Positions 8,723 through 17,739 of a DNA stretch of 64,000 nt are shown here, piece by piece. The notes beneath the pieces are model-generated. The model ran no database searches. It saw nothing but the letters and a program-made list of their open reading frames with translations, and was not told the origin of the DNA. The position numbers were made by a program, and so were the translations under genes. Origin of the DNA: a virus; the IMG/VR virus record IMGVR_UViG_3300007276_000038, positions 1 to 64,000 of that record, one strand, 5' to 3'. How positions within the stretch are numbered: position 1 is the stretch's first letter; the number at the start of each line of letters is the position of its first letter.

Positions 8723-9393
8723 TTATATCCAATTAACATGTAGCGTGTGTATAAAGGTAGCTTCATTGATCCTTTAAATAGTATTTTAGATAACGGATAC
8801 TTTTCTAATAACTGATCCAATGACTCAGTGATATTTATGTGCCCATCAAGAAAACGATTGTTGTTTGATTGTAATACTACTAACTGATCGGTGCCGACTG
8901 AATCAAACCACGATTCATGCATGTGTTCGCAGCTAGTATTAACTATAACGCTTGGCTTAGTATCTATAAGTGTACCGTTTACTACAAACTCTGGATGCTT
9001 CCAGTTAATAGTTAATATATCGTCTACTACACCTTTATACCGCCAACCATCTACAACAAGGTGTTGGTTAAATTGATCGCTCATCCTTACTGAATGAGGG
9101 TATATATCGAAGCCCCAAACTCGTTCTAATTGGGGAGTTTGTATTAACAATGGTTCAGCTAATACCCCGTACCAAGAAGCTAGCAATGCAAGTGTATGTG
9201 GCCTTACAGGACTGTATTGTGCATACTCTTTGAGTAGCCAGGCTTTGCTTGCTAGTTGTCCTAAACTAAATGCATCTTTATCAAAGTCGCCGCTTGCTGC
9301 TCTACTTACAAAGCTAGCAGGATACTTAAACTCGCTATCTACATAACGAGCTACTTCGTCCCATTCATTAAGACTTATTAAAGGCTGACTCAT
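8719..9393 (-). CDS. Putative class I SAM-dependent methyltransferase-like protein
   Basis: LLASWYG and GFDI motif I/II-like segments, NTSCEHM, LQSNN, RYMLIG, as seen in phage glycan islands. Confidence 0.55.
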   Translation of the reverse strand: MSQPLISLNEWDEVARYVDSEFKYPASFVSRAASGDFDKDAFSLGQLASKAWLLKEYAQYSPVRPHTLALLASWYGVLAEPLLIQTPQLERVWGFDIYPHSVRMSDQFNQHLVVDGWRYKGVVDDILTINWKHPEFVVNGTLIDTKPSVIVNTSCEHMHESWFDSVGTDQLVVLQSNNNRFLDGHINITESLDQLLEKYPLSKILFKGSMKLPLYTRYMLIGYK

Positions 9394-12300
9394 ACCGTTC
9401 CTCTAACCATTCATAATCATTAATTTTAGCCAGTGCTGCTGCATTGTCTTTAAATTCTAGACCATACTGCTTACCATCTTCTGCACCTAGTTTTGCTTCA
9501 TGTCTAAAAAATGCATCAGGGACAGGATGCAGCCATGCTTCCAAACGATCATTACTTTCCTGATCACCTTTAATTGCTAGCTTAACACATTCTCGGAATG
9601 CGCTGCGCCAGGTTGTTAACCCACTTTCGTTGAAGTATGTTATACAACTTACCTCTGGCACTACTTTAAATCGAGTACTTAAACCAGTAGTGAAGTCTAA
9701 TCCCCAGCTAGTGCTTTCTCGTACTTGCTCTGTGTTAAACAATTTAACACCACCATAACCGTATTCCAATCCTGTAATCGGATTGCGTGAATGCCACACG
9801 TGAACAACTTCCTGGTCATACAGGTCGGGAATATAATTAAATTCAAATTGTTCTTCTATTGCTGCGTCTCCGTCAACTACCCAAAACATTTTAGTATCAG
9901 CTAGTTCTGCTGCTGCTTTGTGTGCTTCGAAGATTCCTTCCACTCCGTGAACCCGTTTAAGGTTTGGTACTTTGTGTGCGAGTCGCTGATATCTAGCATC
10001 AGCACCTTTTTCATTGTAGCTTATAAAAATAATATCGTACGGTTTAATTATAGCTCCAGGCTTTCTAACATATTGCTTGTTTTGTATTTTGTTCAGTCTT
10101 ATAGCATCATCTGTAATTAACTTGGGGTTTAAATCTGTTGGCCATAACCGTAGTCCTCCGTAAGAATGAACAGCTTGAGTCTTAAAGTTTAAGGCTTGCC
10201 AAAGCATAATCTTATTCGCGCTAGGAAGCACACCCTTATCTAGAACTTCTTTTATTACATCAACGTCTTTGTCTACAGTCCACACAAAAGCATTGCCATT
10301 CTTTTGTTGTTCTTTAAGTATTTGCGTTAGTTCTTTTTTGGTTTCTAATTCTAGATGTACTACAGGCCACGTTGGTGCTATGCTTGCGTTTATTTCTAAG
10401 AGCTTTAGGTTATCAAAACGATTAAAGATGATGTCTTGATCATCATAAACATGTATTTTATTAAACGTGTTTTTTGGATACAGTCTGACACCAGTGTGCG
10501 CATCGTTACACTTAAACACATGAACATTATCTTTGTCCCATTGCGTAGGATAATAATCAAAGGCAAATGCAGGATCAAGCTGCACATGCGGATCTATTAC
10601 ATAGTACATGTCGTGTTCACATTCTCGATCGAACTTCTCAAGTTGTTCAATTAAATCAACTGTACTGTCGATTACACAAACAGCATACTCTTTATGCACA
10701 CATGCTGGCTCTCTTATGTATTTTGGTCTTCCTTTATCTAGAGGAACACGAGGACACAGTCTGATTCCACTGTAGTCATATTGCATTAGTGTTTTTGGGT
10801 TTAGCTTTTGCCAAACGTGAGTCTTCCCTTCATCCCACGGTTCCGGGTAATATGTAAAACTAAATTCTTCTAACACGTCGACATTTTCGTCTACTACCCA
10901 GAACCAATCGTACTTGCTTCTAGCGCGACCATCTTCTTCGTCAGTGAATTGTTCGTATTGTACACCACCTACTTCTTGTAAGTATCCTTGATACTTTTTG
11001 TCTTGTTCATTAAACTCTACCGGAACTAATTTTATGCCACCGCACCTGTTGTCACTTACGTTAACAATACTAGGTGGATATCTATGATCTAACTGCCCCG
11101 GAACTTTAAATATATTAATATACTTTTGATCGTGTGTTTCAGGTATCCAAGTGAAGTTGTCAGGTAGTCTAAACTCTTTTGCCACTAACCAGAACATTGA
11201 TGTTTTACTAAGTCGAGCATATTTTGCATAACTAGATAACTCGTGTTCGTCTACAAAAAATACATCGTAACGCATAGGACAAATATTTTCTTGGAACTTC
11301 TTCTTCACTGTATCATAATCGTGGTGCTTGTTTATTAGATAGATACCCGACACTCGCTTGTCGTGGAATTCTGTTATATAAGGACTGTAGCGATATTCGA
11401 GATGACCTTTAATTTTAAATGCGTGTATGTATTCTTGTTCGTGATCTTGAGGCACATATAAGAATTTACCATTTAAGTCGCCGTAATCCCTATCAACAAC
11501 CCAGAACCATTCTGTCTTAGATATGCTGCATAGCTTCTGGAACTTCTCGTCAGTAAATTCTCCTTCGTTAACATAAAACACATTATAGTTAATGTCCTCC
11601 ACGGGGCTTACCCTGTGTATTTTTTCACTAGCATCTTTATAACGCCTAGGAACTAATCGTATGCCGCCAACATTATGCGGATACTTTGTGGTTAGCTGGT
11701 AGGGCATTCTGAAGCAGTGTATGTAATCCTGCTCGAATGGATCTGGCGTCCATTCTAACGTACTTTCCTCAATCTGATACTCTTTATCTATAAGCCAAAC
11801 AAACCCATCTTTATATTCATCTCTTGCACTGTAGTCAGTGACATCGTCAACATATAATATAGGATAACGCTCACTAGCATTATCTAAGCAACCTCTATAT
11901 TTTACTGTTGCTTTTTTCCAATCCCGAGGATACAACCGTACTCCTCCCTCGCCATCTGGGTATTTGTGTTCTAGTTGCCCTTTTAGGTGGAAGTTATGTA
12001 TGTACTCAGGTTCAAACCTATTAGGAACCCAATCAATATCGTTTGCTATTTTGTAGTCTACGTCCACGCACCACACATAACTTGCTGTTGGGTTTTTGTC
12101 GAAGTATTTTCCCGGAACTGTCTTGCGAATGATATCAATTTTCTTTCGAAATCTATTAGTTGAAAATTCTTTTTCACCTGCTGGAGTAATTTTCGGTAAT
12201 AGCCTAAAACCAATGTGCTCACTGGTTGGGCATTTCCAAATGTGTTCGTACACCCTATCACAATGCTCTGGTTTAAAGTCTAATATATCATAATCAGATA

Positions 12301-12439
12301 GTTCTATGTTAGGTTCTATTATCCAAAACATCTGGGTTCTTGAATTAACTTCTTGGATAGAGTTAACCTGTTTTGCAAATGGTAAATGCTCTACTAACGC
12401 AGTATTCTCGCCTAGGTAAAATACGTCATACATCGTCAA
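9368..12439 (-). CDS. Repeat-containing GT-A/GT2-like glycosyltransferase (about 9 tandem modules, C-terminal one intact)
   Basis: Recurrent (M/W)FWxVD...FxYxP..H.(F/W)...GG(I/V)RLxP modules. The last module has IFISYNE, FWVVDGD and WRSAFRECVKL. Confidence 0.75.
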   Translation of the reverse strand: MTMYDVFYLGENTALVEHLPFAKQVNSIQEVNSRTQMFWIIEPNIELSDYDILDFKPEHCDRVYEHIWKCPTSEHIGFRLLPKITPAGEKEFSTNRFRKKIDIIRKTVPGKYFDKNPTASYVWCVDVDYKIANDIDWVPNRFEPEYIHNFHLKGQLEHKYPDGEGGVRLYPRDWKKATVKYRGCLDNASERYPILYVDDVTDYSARDEYKDGFVWLIDKEYQIEESTLEWTPDPFEQDYIHCFRMPYQLTTKYPHNVGGIRLVPRRYKDASEKIHRVSPVEDINYNVFYVNEGEFTDEKFQKLCSISKTEWFWVVDRDYGDLNGKFLYVPQDHEQEYIHAFKIKGHLEYRYSPYITEFHDKRVSGIYLINKHHDYDTVKKKFQENICPMRYDVFFVDEHELSSYAKYARLSKTSMFWLVAKEFRLPDNFTWIPETHDQKYINIFKVPGQLDHRYPPSIVNVSDNRCGGIKLVPVEFNEQDKKYQGYLQEVGGVQYEQFTDEEDGRARSKYDWFWVVDENVDVLEEFSFTYYPEPWDEGKTHVWQKLNPKTLMQYDYSGIRLCPRVPLDKGRPKYIREPACVHKEYAVCVIDSTVDLIEQLEKFDRECEHDMYYVIDPHVQLDPAFAFDYYPTQWDKDNVHVFKCNDAHTGVRLYPKNTFNKIHVYDDQDIIFNRFDNLKLLEINASIAPTWPVVHLELETKKELTQILKEQQKNGNAFVWTVDKDVDVIKEVLDKGVLPSANKIMLWQALNFKTQAVHSYGGLRLWPTDLNPKLITDDAIRLNKIQNKQYVRKPGAIIKPYDIIFISYNEKGADARYQRLAHKVPNLKRVHGVEGIFEAHKAAAELADTKMFWVVDGDAAIEEQFEFNYIPDLYDQEVVHVWHSRNPITGLEYGYGGVKLFNTEQVRESTSWGLDFTTGLSTRFKVVPEVSCITYFNESGLTTWRSAFRECVKLAIKGDQESNDRLEAWLHPVPDAFFRHEAKLGAEDGKQYGLEFKDNAAALAKINDYEWLEERYESAFNKS

Positions 12440-12608
12440 GACCTTTATTCTGAGAATTCAGGTGTCGTCTGAATATTGCAAGAGCATCTATAACTCGTCT
12501 ATTCGGATGAAAGGGGCATCGAACTGTGTGTTGATCCCTTTTCTCGCCACACTCTAGACATCGCCCTTCTAACATAATTTGGGCTTTTGTAAGTTTAGTC
12601 CTCGGCAT
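12426..12608 (-). CDS. Small putative zinc-binding protein (CxxC...H...C)
   Basis: MPRTKLTKAQIMLEGRCLECGEKRDQHTVRC; start re-assigned to the ATG at 12608. Confidence 0.6.
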   Translation of the reverse strand: MPRTKLTKAQIMLEGRCLECGEKRDQHTVRCPFHPNRRVIDALAIFRRHLNSQNKGLDDV

Positions 12609-14115
12609 CGGAAGTATGAACCTCAATGCCATAAGTCTGCGTAAATGTTAATGCATCGAGTCTATCATTAACAATAGGCTGGCCCTTTATGTTTAAGCTA
12701 GTGTTTAGTAGCATAGGACATCCAGTGCGTTGATAGAAATTATTAATTAATGCATATAGTCCAGGATGCTGTTCTTTGTTAACAGTTTGCACTCTACTAG
12801 TGCCGTCTTTATGCACAATGGCAGGATACGTTGTAGGTGCCTTACATTTAGCTGTGAATTGCATGTACGGACTAATGCATCGATTGGGCATTTCAAAATA
12901 CTCGTGTACATGCTCTTCTAGAATTACTGGCGCAAACGGTCGAAACTCTTGTCTTCTTTTGATAGAGTTAACCTTATCTTTGATGTCACCTCCCCTTGGG
13001 TCTGCCAAAAGGCTGCGGTTTCCTAACGCTCTTGGACCGAATTCCGCTCGACCGTTTGCTATTCCAAAAATTTCATTACGTTCTAATGAACGCAATGCTT
13101 TGTTCACTGGATAAGACCCGCTTATATTTGATCCTAAGTACGGTCCTTTCCATTCTACTTTTCTTGCTGTGTTGTTATAAAGTTCCAATGCTGCTGCACC
13201 CAAGCTACTGCCTGCATCACCTGGGTTAGGCATAATGTGTACATCATTGAAACAATTCAGTAGCTCAGTATTAGCTACACAATTTAGAGCAACACCACCC
13301 ATAAATACTAAATTATTACTTTTTGTAATTTGTTTTGCATATCTAGCGTATGCTATTATACGCTTTTGCGTTTGTAATTGCGCGGCATAAGCCATGTCGA
13401 ATGGGCTTTCCCCGACAAAGTCTTTACTAGGCAATCCTTTTTGTAAGTTCGTTTGCATACGTACTGATTCAGATGGAAACTTAAAAGGATTCTGATGTAT
13501 AAAATACTTTTCTGCCATTACATTGCTAATTCTTAAACCGTCAGTCGGATTACCGTATGCAGCCATTCCCATTAGTATATACTCATCTTCCATAGGCTTT
13601 AAGCCACAGCGATATGTCACAGCACTGTAAAATAGACCCAAGCTACTAGGAAAGTTAGTACTGTGTTTCTTAGATAGTTTTCCATTTTTCCACGACCATA
13701 TACTAGAGGTAGTGTATTCCCCTATCGCATCTAATACTACTACTGCACATTCATCAAACGTGCTTGTTAATACGCCTGCTGCTGCGTGTGTCTCGTGGTG
13801 CCAATAAGATTTAATAGGAATGTTTTTGAGTGCAGGATAAAATTTACGTATCCAATCCTTTTGTGATAATTCACCTAGAGCACGAAAGTTACCACTAGTG
13901 GCTTGTCTTAATTTTTTTGCCCAATTTTTTTCATGTAATACAATGACGTCAGGAGTTCCGAAGCTTAATGCTTCGTGTACTATTTCTTTATTAAGAAAAG
14001 GATCATTTTTTAATTTACTGTAGCGTTCGCTGTGCGCAGCAAAAACAATCTGATTGTCTTTTACTACAGTAATAGCAGCATCATGGAACATACTGCTTAT
14101 GCCCATTATAATCAT
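12595..14115 (-). CDS. O-carbamoyltransferase (CmcH/NodU family)
   Basis: HDAA, ERYS, HHETHAA, GGVALNC, GRAEFGPRALGNRS, RPFAP and LNTSLN motifs. Confidence 0.93.
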   Translation of the reverse strand: MIIMGISSMFHDAAITVVKDNQIVFAAHSERYSKLKNDPFLNKEIVHEALSFGTPDVIVLHEKNWAKKLRQATSGNFRALGELSQKDWIRKFYPALKNIPIKSYWHHETHAAAGVLTSTFDECAVVVLDAIGEYTTSSIWSWKNGKLSKKHSTNFPSSLGLFYSAVTYRCGLKPMEDEYILMGMAAYGNPTDGLRISNVMAEKYFIHQNPFKFPSESVRMQTNLQKGLPSKDFVGESPFDMAYAAQLQTQKRIIAYARYAKQITKSNNLVFMGGVALNCVANTELLNCFNDVHIMPNPGDAGSSLGAAALELYNNTARKVEWKGPYLGSNISGSYPVNKALRSLERNEIFGIANGRAEFGPRALGNRSLLADPRGGDIKDKVNSIKRRQEFRPFAPVILEEHVHEYFEMPNRCISPYMQFTAKCKAPTTYPAIVHKDGTSRVQTVNKEQHPGLYALINNFYQRTGCPMLLNTSLNIKGQPIVNDRLDALTFTQTYGIEVHTSDAED

Positions 14116-14129
14116 GTTTTTGTTAACCT

Positions 14130-14366
14130 TTATCGGTATATGAATGGATCTCGACGGCGTAGCTCTGCTATTTTTTGCTTTAACAATTCTTCTTCCGTTA
14201 GTTCTTCCGTGGATTCTTCTTGTTCCGGTTCTCGGTATATGAATGGATCTCGACGGCGTAGCTCTGCTATTTTTTGCTTTAACAATTCTTCTTCCGTTAG
14301 TTCTTCTTGTTCCGATTCAGAAACAGTTTCGTTGGTTTGTTCTAGTTCTTCTTTATCTGGTGTCAT
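14130..14366 (-). CDS. Small acidic peptide with duplicated EELTEEELLKQKIAELRRRDPFIYR unit
   Basis: Own RBS (GGAGG) and late-type motif CATAAATA at 14398-14405. Confidence 0.75.
   Translation of the reverse strand: MTPDKEELEQTNETVSESEQEELTEEELLKQKIAELRRRDPFIYREPEQEESTEELTEEELLKQKIAELRRRDPFIYR
14133..14306. repeat. Perfect 75-bp direct repeat, 99-bp period
   Basis: 14133-14207 is identical to 14232-14306. Confidence 0.93.
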
Positions 14367-14397
14367 TGAATTTGCCTCCGTGTTGTGTATGTATAAC

Positions 14398-14405
14398 TAT
14401 TTATG
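14398..14405 (-). promoter_or_regulatory. T4-like late promoter CATAAATA
   Basis: About 32 nt upstream of ATG 14366, in the only sizeable gap inside the island. Confidence 0.6.
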
Positions 14406-15443
14406 TTAAGAGTAATCTGCATAGTGATCTTCGCGGATAGTATCCAATGTTACACAATGCGGGCCTCCACTCAATGTTCGACAATGGGTTAATTTAACTG
14501 GCATTATATCAAATCCATGCCGTTCTAGTAACCGCATTAGTTTAGTTTGTCTAGCCTCTACAGCAACTAACGTTTCGCTTAAACTAAGTACGTTCATGCC
14601 TATCCACGGGCTTCCGCTTGCCCACTCTAGGTCGCAATCAGTTGGCGTTGGCACTGGGCTCCATATTTTTTCCCAGGAATTAAAGTATTTAGGCAAATTA
14701 TCTTTGTTAATTCGTTCTGGATTTAATAACACTTTACCTGGTGCTAGCGGTAATATACTTGTATCCACATGTACATAAGCATAAATGTTATCCATAACGT
14801 GTACTCTATACTTGTCTCCCAACGTGCTTTGCAGCCATTGTGCCCCTAATCTATTACCGCTATTACTAACAAGGTAAAAGAGATCTTTGCCACATCGTAT
14901 GACATTAGCTGCATCAAATGCTATTTCAGTTTCGGTTAATGTTGGTTTAGATAAATCAGTTCGATTATATAAGTCATCTAGTAGTCTTGGGCGTGGCGCG
15001 CTAATCCATTTAGCACCGTTAAGAAAGTAATTATGTAGTATGTCTTTGTATGCGTTAGTTTCGTAGTACCGAGAACGCAATGGCATTGGTGTTTCAATAA
15101 TAGTATCTCCTACTATCAGGATACTATCTCTAGGACAATAATAGTAATACCCGTCTGACTTCCAATCAGGTGTAGATACCACCTTTAACGTATTCTGTAC
15201 CTGAGGGCGTAGTACAGAAATTCCAATACTAGTTAAGTTTTGGGAGAAGACGTCTAGCTCGTCTTGTGTTTGAGCTATAACATCAAAGGCATAATTGCCG
15301 CCTTTTGTATTACTTAAATCATCAAGGTGTGCATAATCTACGCAATGAATATCTTTTCCCTTGATAGTAGGAATACTTGCGTTTACAGCAGTACCTAGTA
15401 TAACTTCTTTTAATGTACCCCATTCTGTATTACTGTTTATCAT
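14406..15443 (-). CDS. Amidinotransferase (glycine / inosamine-phosphate amidinotransferase family)
   Basis: EWGTLKEVILG, YCPRD, FDAAN, SGNRLG, HVDT and GGPHC (Asp-His-Cys triad). Start re-assigned to ATG 15443. Confidence 0.92.
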   Translation of the reverse strand: MINSNTEWGTLKEVILGTAVNASIPTIKGKDIHCVDYAHLDDLSNTKGGNYAFDVIAQTQDELDVFSQNLTSIGISVLRPQVQNTLKVVSTPDWKSDGYYYYCPRDSILIVGDTIIETPMPLRSRYYETNAYKDILHNYFLNGAKWISAPRPRLLDDLYNRTDLSKPTLTETEIAFDAANVIRCGKDLFYLVSNSGNRLGAQWLQSTLGDKYRVHVMDNIYAYVHVDTSILPLAPGKVLLNPERINKDNLPKYFNSWEKIWSPVPTPTDCDLEWASGSPWIGMNVLSLSETLVAVEARQTKLMRLLERHGFDIMPVKLTHCRTLSGGPHCVTLDTIREDHYADYS

Positions 15444-16359
15444 TAAATTTCTCAAAATCTCTCGGGAAAATAAGGTTAGTTTTATTATCATCTAGACCTT
15501 CATTTACAGTGAGTTCATGTAGTCTGTATCTAAACTTTTTTGTATCATAATCTATTTTTTTATCAAGTTGATCCTGTATTATCTTTACTATCTGATTATG
15601 TATTGTATCTATGTACTTCTGAGTAGGAATGTCTAACTCGTATATGTACTGTTCTATGTATTCTATATATGGCCCTGGAAGTGGGTGCGTGTCGTGAAAA
15701 TCCGGATGGACCAAATAGTTGTTTTCTATATGTTTTGTTAGTGCATCATGTAAGGAAGGGCGTGATGTTACTGTCTGAATGGTGTCACTAAATACCTCGA
15801 CAAGCTGCTTGATACTTTTTTCAAATGCTGGTTGGATATCCGTTAACGGTAATCCCTGCATAGTTAAAAACAAATAGTCGACATTTCTATTGTCTAGTAA
15901 CTGTTTAATGCTTTGCATACACACTAGGTCTCGAAACAAAAAACCAACCGGATCATAATATTTTTTAATAAAACTACTAGTGTGCCTTATGTCGTCTTTG
16001 TCATTAGAATCAGCGTAACTTATACCTTCTTTAAGAACGATATCCCCTGGGGCAAGCCACCCCTTGTCGTCATGATATGTATCGTAACGGCTTACGCCCG
16101 ACCAACAAACAACAACGCAATCATTGCTAGTCAGCGCGTCAACTGCATCTAGTGCTAGCACTTGTGATGAAATAAATTGATTGCCTGCCCCAGGTTGCGC
16201 TAAGTTAAGGTATTGACCTTTAGTACAACCGAAATTATACGCTAATATATCAGCCCAGGTAGGCCATGCATATTGAGTAAAACTGCACCCAGCTACAATA
16301 AATCTATCGTAAGGTAAACTCGGCTTACCATTTTCATCCAGGATTGGCTTTTTTATCAT
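15430..16359 (-). CDS. SGNH/GDSL-like hydrolase or acyltransferase
   Basis: GCSFT (block I), NLAQPGAGN, DTHP (block V). Confidence 0.7.
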   Translation of the reverse strand: MIKKPILDENGKPSLPYDRFIVAGCSFTQYAWPTWADILAYNFGCTKGQYLNLAQPGAGNQFISSQVLALDAVDALTSNDCVVVCWSGVSRYDTYHDDKGWLAPGDIVLKEGISYADSNDKDDIRHTSSFIKKYYDPVGFLFRDLVCMQSIKQLLDNRNVDYLFLTMQGLPLTDIQPAFEKSIKQLVEVFSDTIQTVTSRPSLHDALTKHIENNYLVHPDFHDTHPLPGPYIEYIEQYIYELDIPTQKYIDTIHNQIVKIIQDQLDKKIDYDTKKFRYRLHELTVNEGLDDNKTNLIFPRDFEKFNDKQ

Positions 16360-16988
16360 TTCAGATAGTCCTTAAATACTTCCTGGTGTCTTAGGTCTGG
16401 GTACGAATGACTACCACCAGTGTCTAGATTTTTATCCGGCAATTCTTTAAGTTTTTCTAATCCCTCAAATGCTGTTTCAGGAGTAATATACATATGGTAC
16501 CCAATAGCGCCCAGGATATCGTTATCGTACTTAACATCACAGTGTCTACCATCGTAAATCATTACGCGCAACCAGTCTACAAAATCTTTATCGTCTGTTA
16601 ATATGGCGCCTGCTCGTCCTAGTTTAAGAGTCTTGCGATGATGAAAACTTACACAATAATAACTTCCAGGGGCATACATATTCCGAGTAAACCGAGTTGC
16701 GCTATCTACTATATCTGTATCACCTATGTAGTAAGCGCCTGACCATATTTCGTCACTAAAGTTAATATAATTCCCGGCATGTATACACTGCATAGGTACA
16801 CTAGCATAAGTGTGGGCTGGTAACGTAATACACTCGTGCTCTACTTTAAGATACTTCATGCACAAAAATAACGCATTCGAGCAACTATCAACACATACTG
16901 CGTATTTAGAGCCACCATATTCAGCTAACTTATTTTCGAATAGTGTAACTGCATCCCATGGATCTTTAAAAGATTTTAATAATTTCAT
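16356..16988 (-). CDS. DegT/DnrJ/EryC1/StrS-family PLP aminotransferase, short form
   Basis: AVCVDSCSNAL, TYASV, DSA and SFHHRKTLKLGRAGAI (PLP lysine region); only 210 aa. Confidence 0.85.
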   Translation of the reverse strand: MKLLKSFKDPWDAVTLFENKLAEYGGSKYAVCVDSCSNALFLCMKYLKVEHECITLPAHTYASVPMQCIHAGNYINFSDEIWSGAYYIGDTDIVDSATRFTRNMYAPGSYYCVSFHHRKTLKLGRAGAILTDDKDFVDWLRVMIYDGRHCDVKYDNDILGAIGYHMYITPETAFEGLEKLKELPDKNLDTGGSHSYPDLRHQEVFKDYLK

Positions 16989-16995
16989 GACTCAC

Positions 16996-17739
16996 CTATT
17001 TTTGTGTTACTATGTCGTACGGTTCTTGGTTGTCTTCGTCGTACCAATACAAGCTACGGTGCGGCCTATCATCTTCTTTATACACAGCATCGCTTACATA
17101 AAAGAATAACCTAAATGTTTTCCGGCTCATCCCAGTTGGACAGTTTAATGGTTCTGGATAACCATGAAAGCCTCGCTTGTGGTAGCGCCAAATAACTGCT
17201 CTATTAAAAAGCGGCGCTACGCTTTGTATAGTCTGCTTGTTATCAAAATCCCTAAACTCTAAGTGGCCGCCGTACTCTTCTTTCCAGTCAGAATTTAAGT
17301 AAACAATCATGCTTAACATACGGTGTACTTTAATCTGATCATTCCAATTAAAGTCAGTATGTATACCTAGCTTGTCGCCGCGACAGCTCTTGCTATATCC
17401 AGCACCTATTAAATATGGGTCAGGGATTAAATCTTTAATGCCAGTGATATTACTTAGCCACTTCATTCCTTGTTGACTATGTATCTGGTTAACAAGTTCT
17501 TGAGCTAATGGTGCTTCAGTCATGTCAGCACATTCTTGCATGTATCCACCTTTGCGTGTAAATTCTGACCAATATTTTTCTGGTATTGTATCTGCTTCTT
17601 GTTCTAGAGCAAGTGCGGTATTGTCAGGCAAAAAATTATCCAATGTTATCATCGGGTAGGGTGGCGTGCCTACAAAACGATCATTGAGCTTGATTGTGTC
17701 ATTAAACGTATGTGTGATGTGTCGTAATATAGTACTCAT
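16996..17739 (-). CDS. 2OG-Fe(II) oxygenase (prolyl-hydroxylase-like)
   Basis: HxD (IHTD), YLNSDW..GGHL, distal His (GFHG) and Arg (SRKT). Confidence 0.88.
   Translation of the reverse strand: MSTILRHITHTFNDTIKLNDRFVGTPPYPMITLDNFLPDNTALALEQEADTIPEKYWSEFTRKGGYMQECADMTEAPLAQELVNQIHSQQGMKWLSNITGIKDLIPDPYLIGAGYSKSCRGDKLGIHTDFNWNDQIKVHRMLSMIVYLNSDWKEEYGGHLEFRDFDNKQTIQSVAPLFNRAVIWRYHKRGFHGYPEPLNCPTGMSRKTFRLFFYVSDAVYKEDDRPHRSLYWYDEDNQEPYDIVTQK

Noticed and set aside
14133-14306. Possible diversity-generating retroelement TR/VR pair
   Set aside because: The two copies are identical with no adenine-specific mismatches, and no reverse transcriptase is present in the window.
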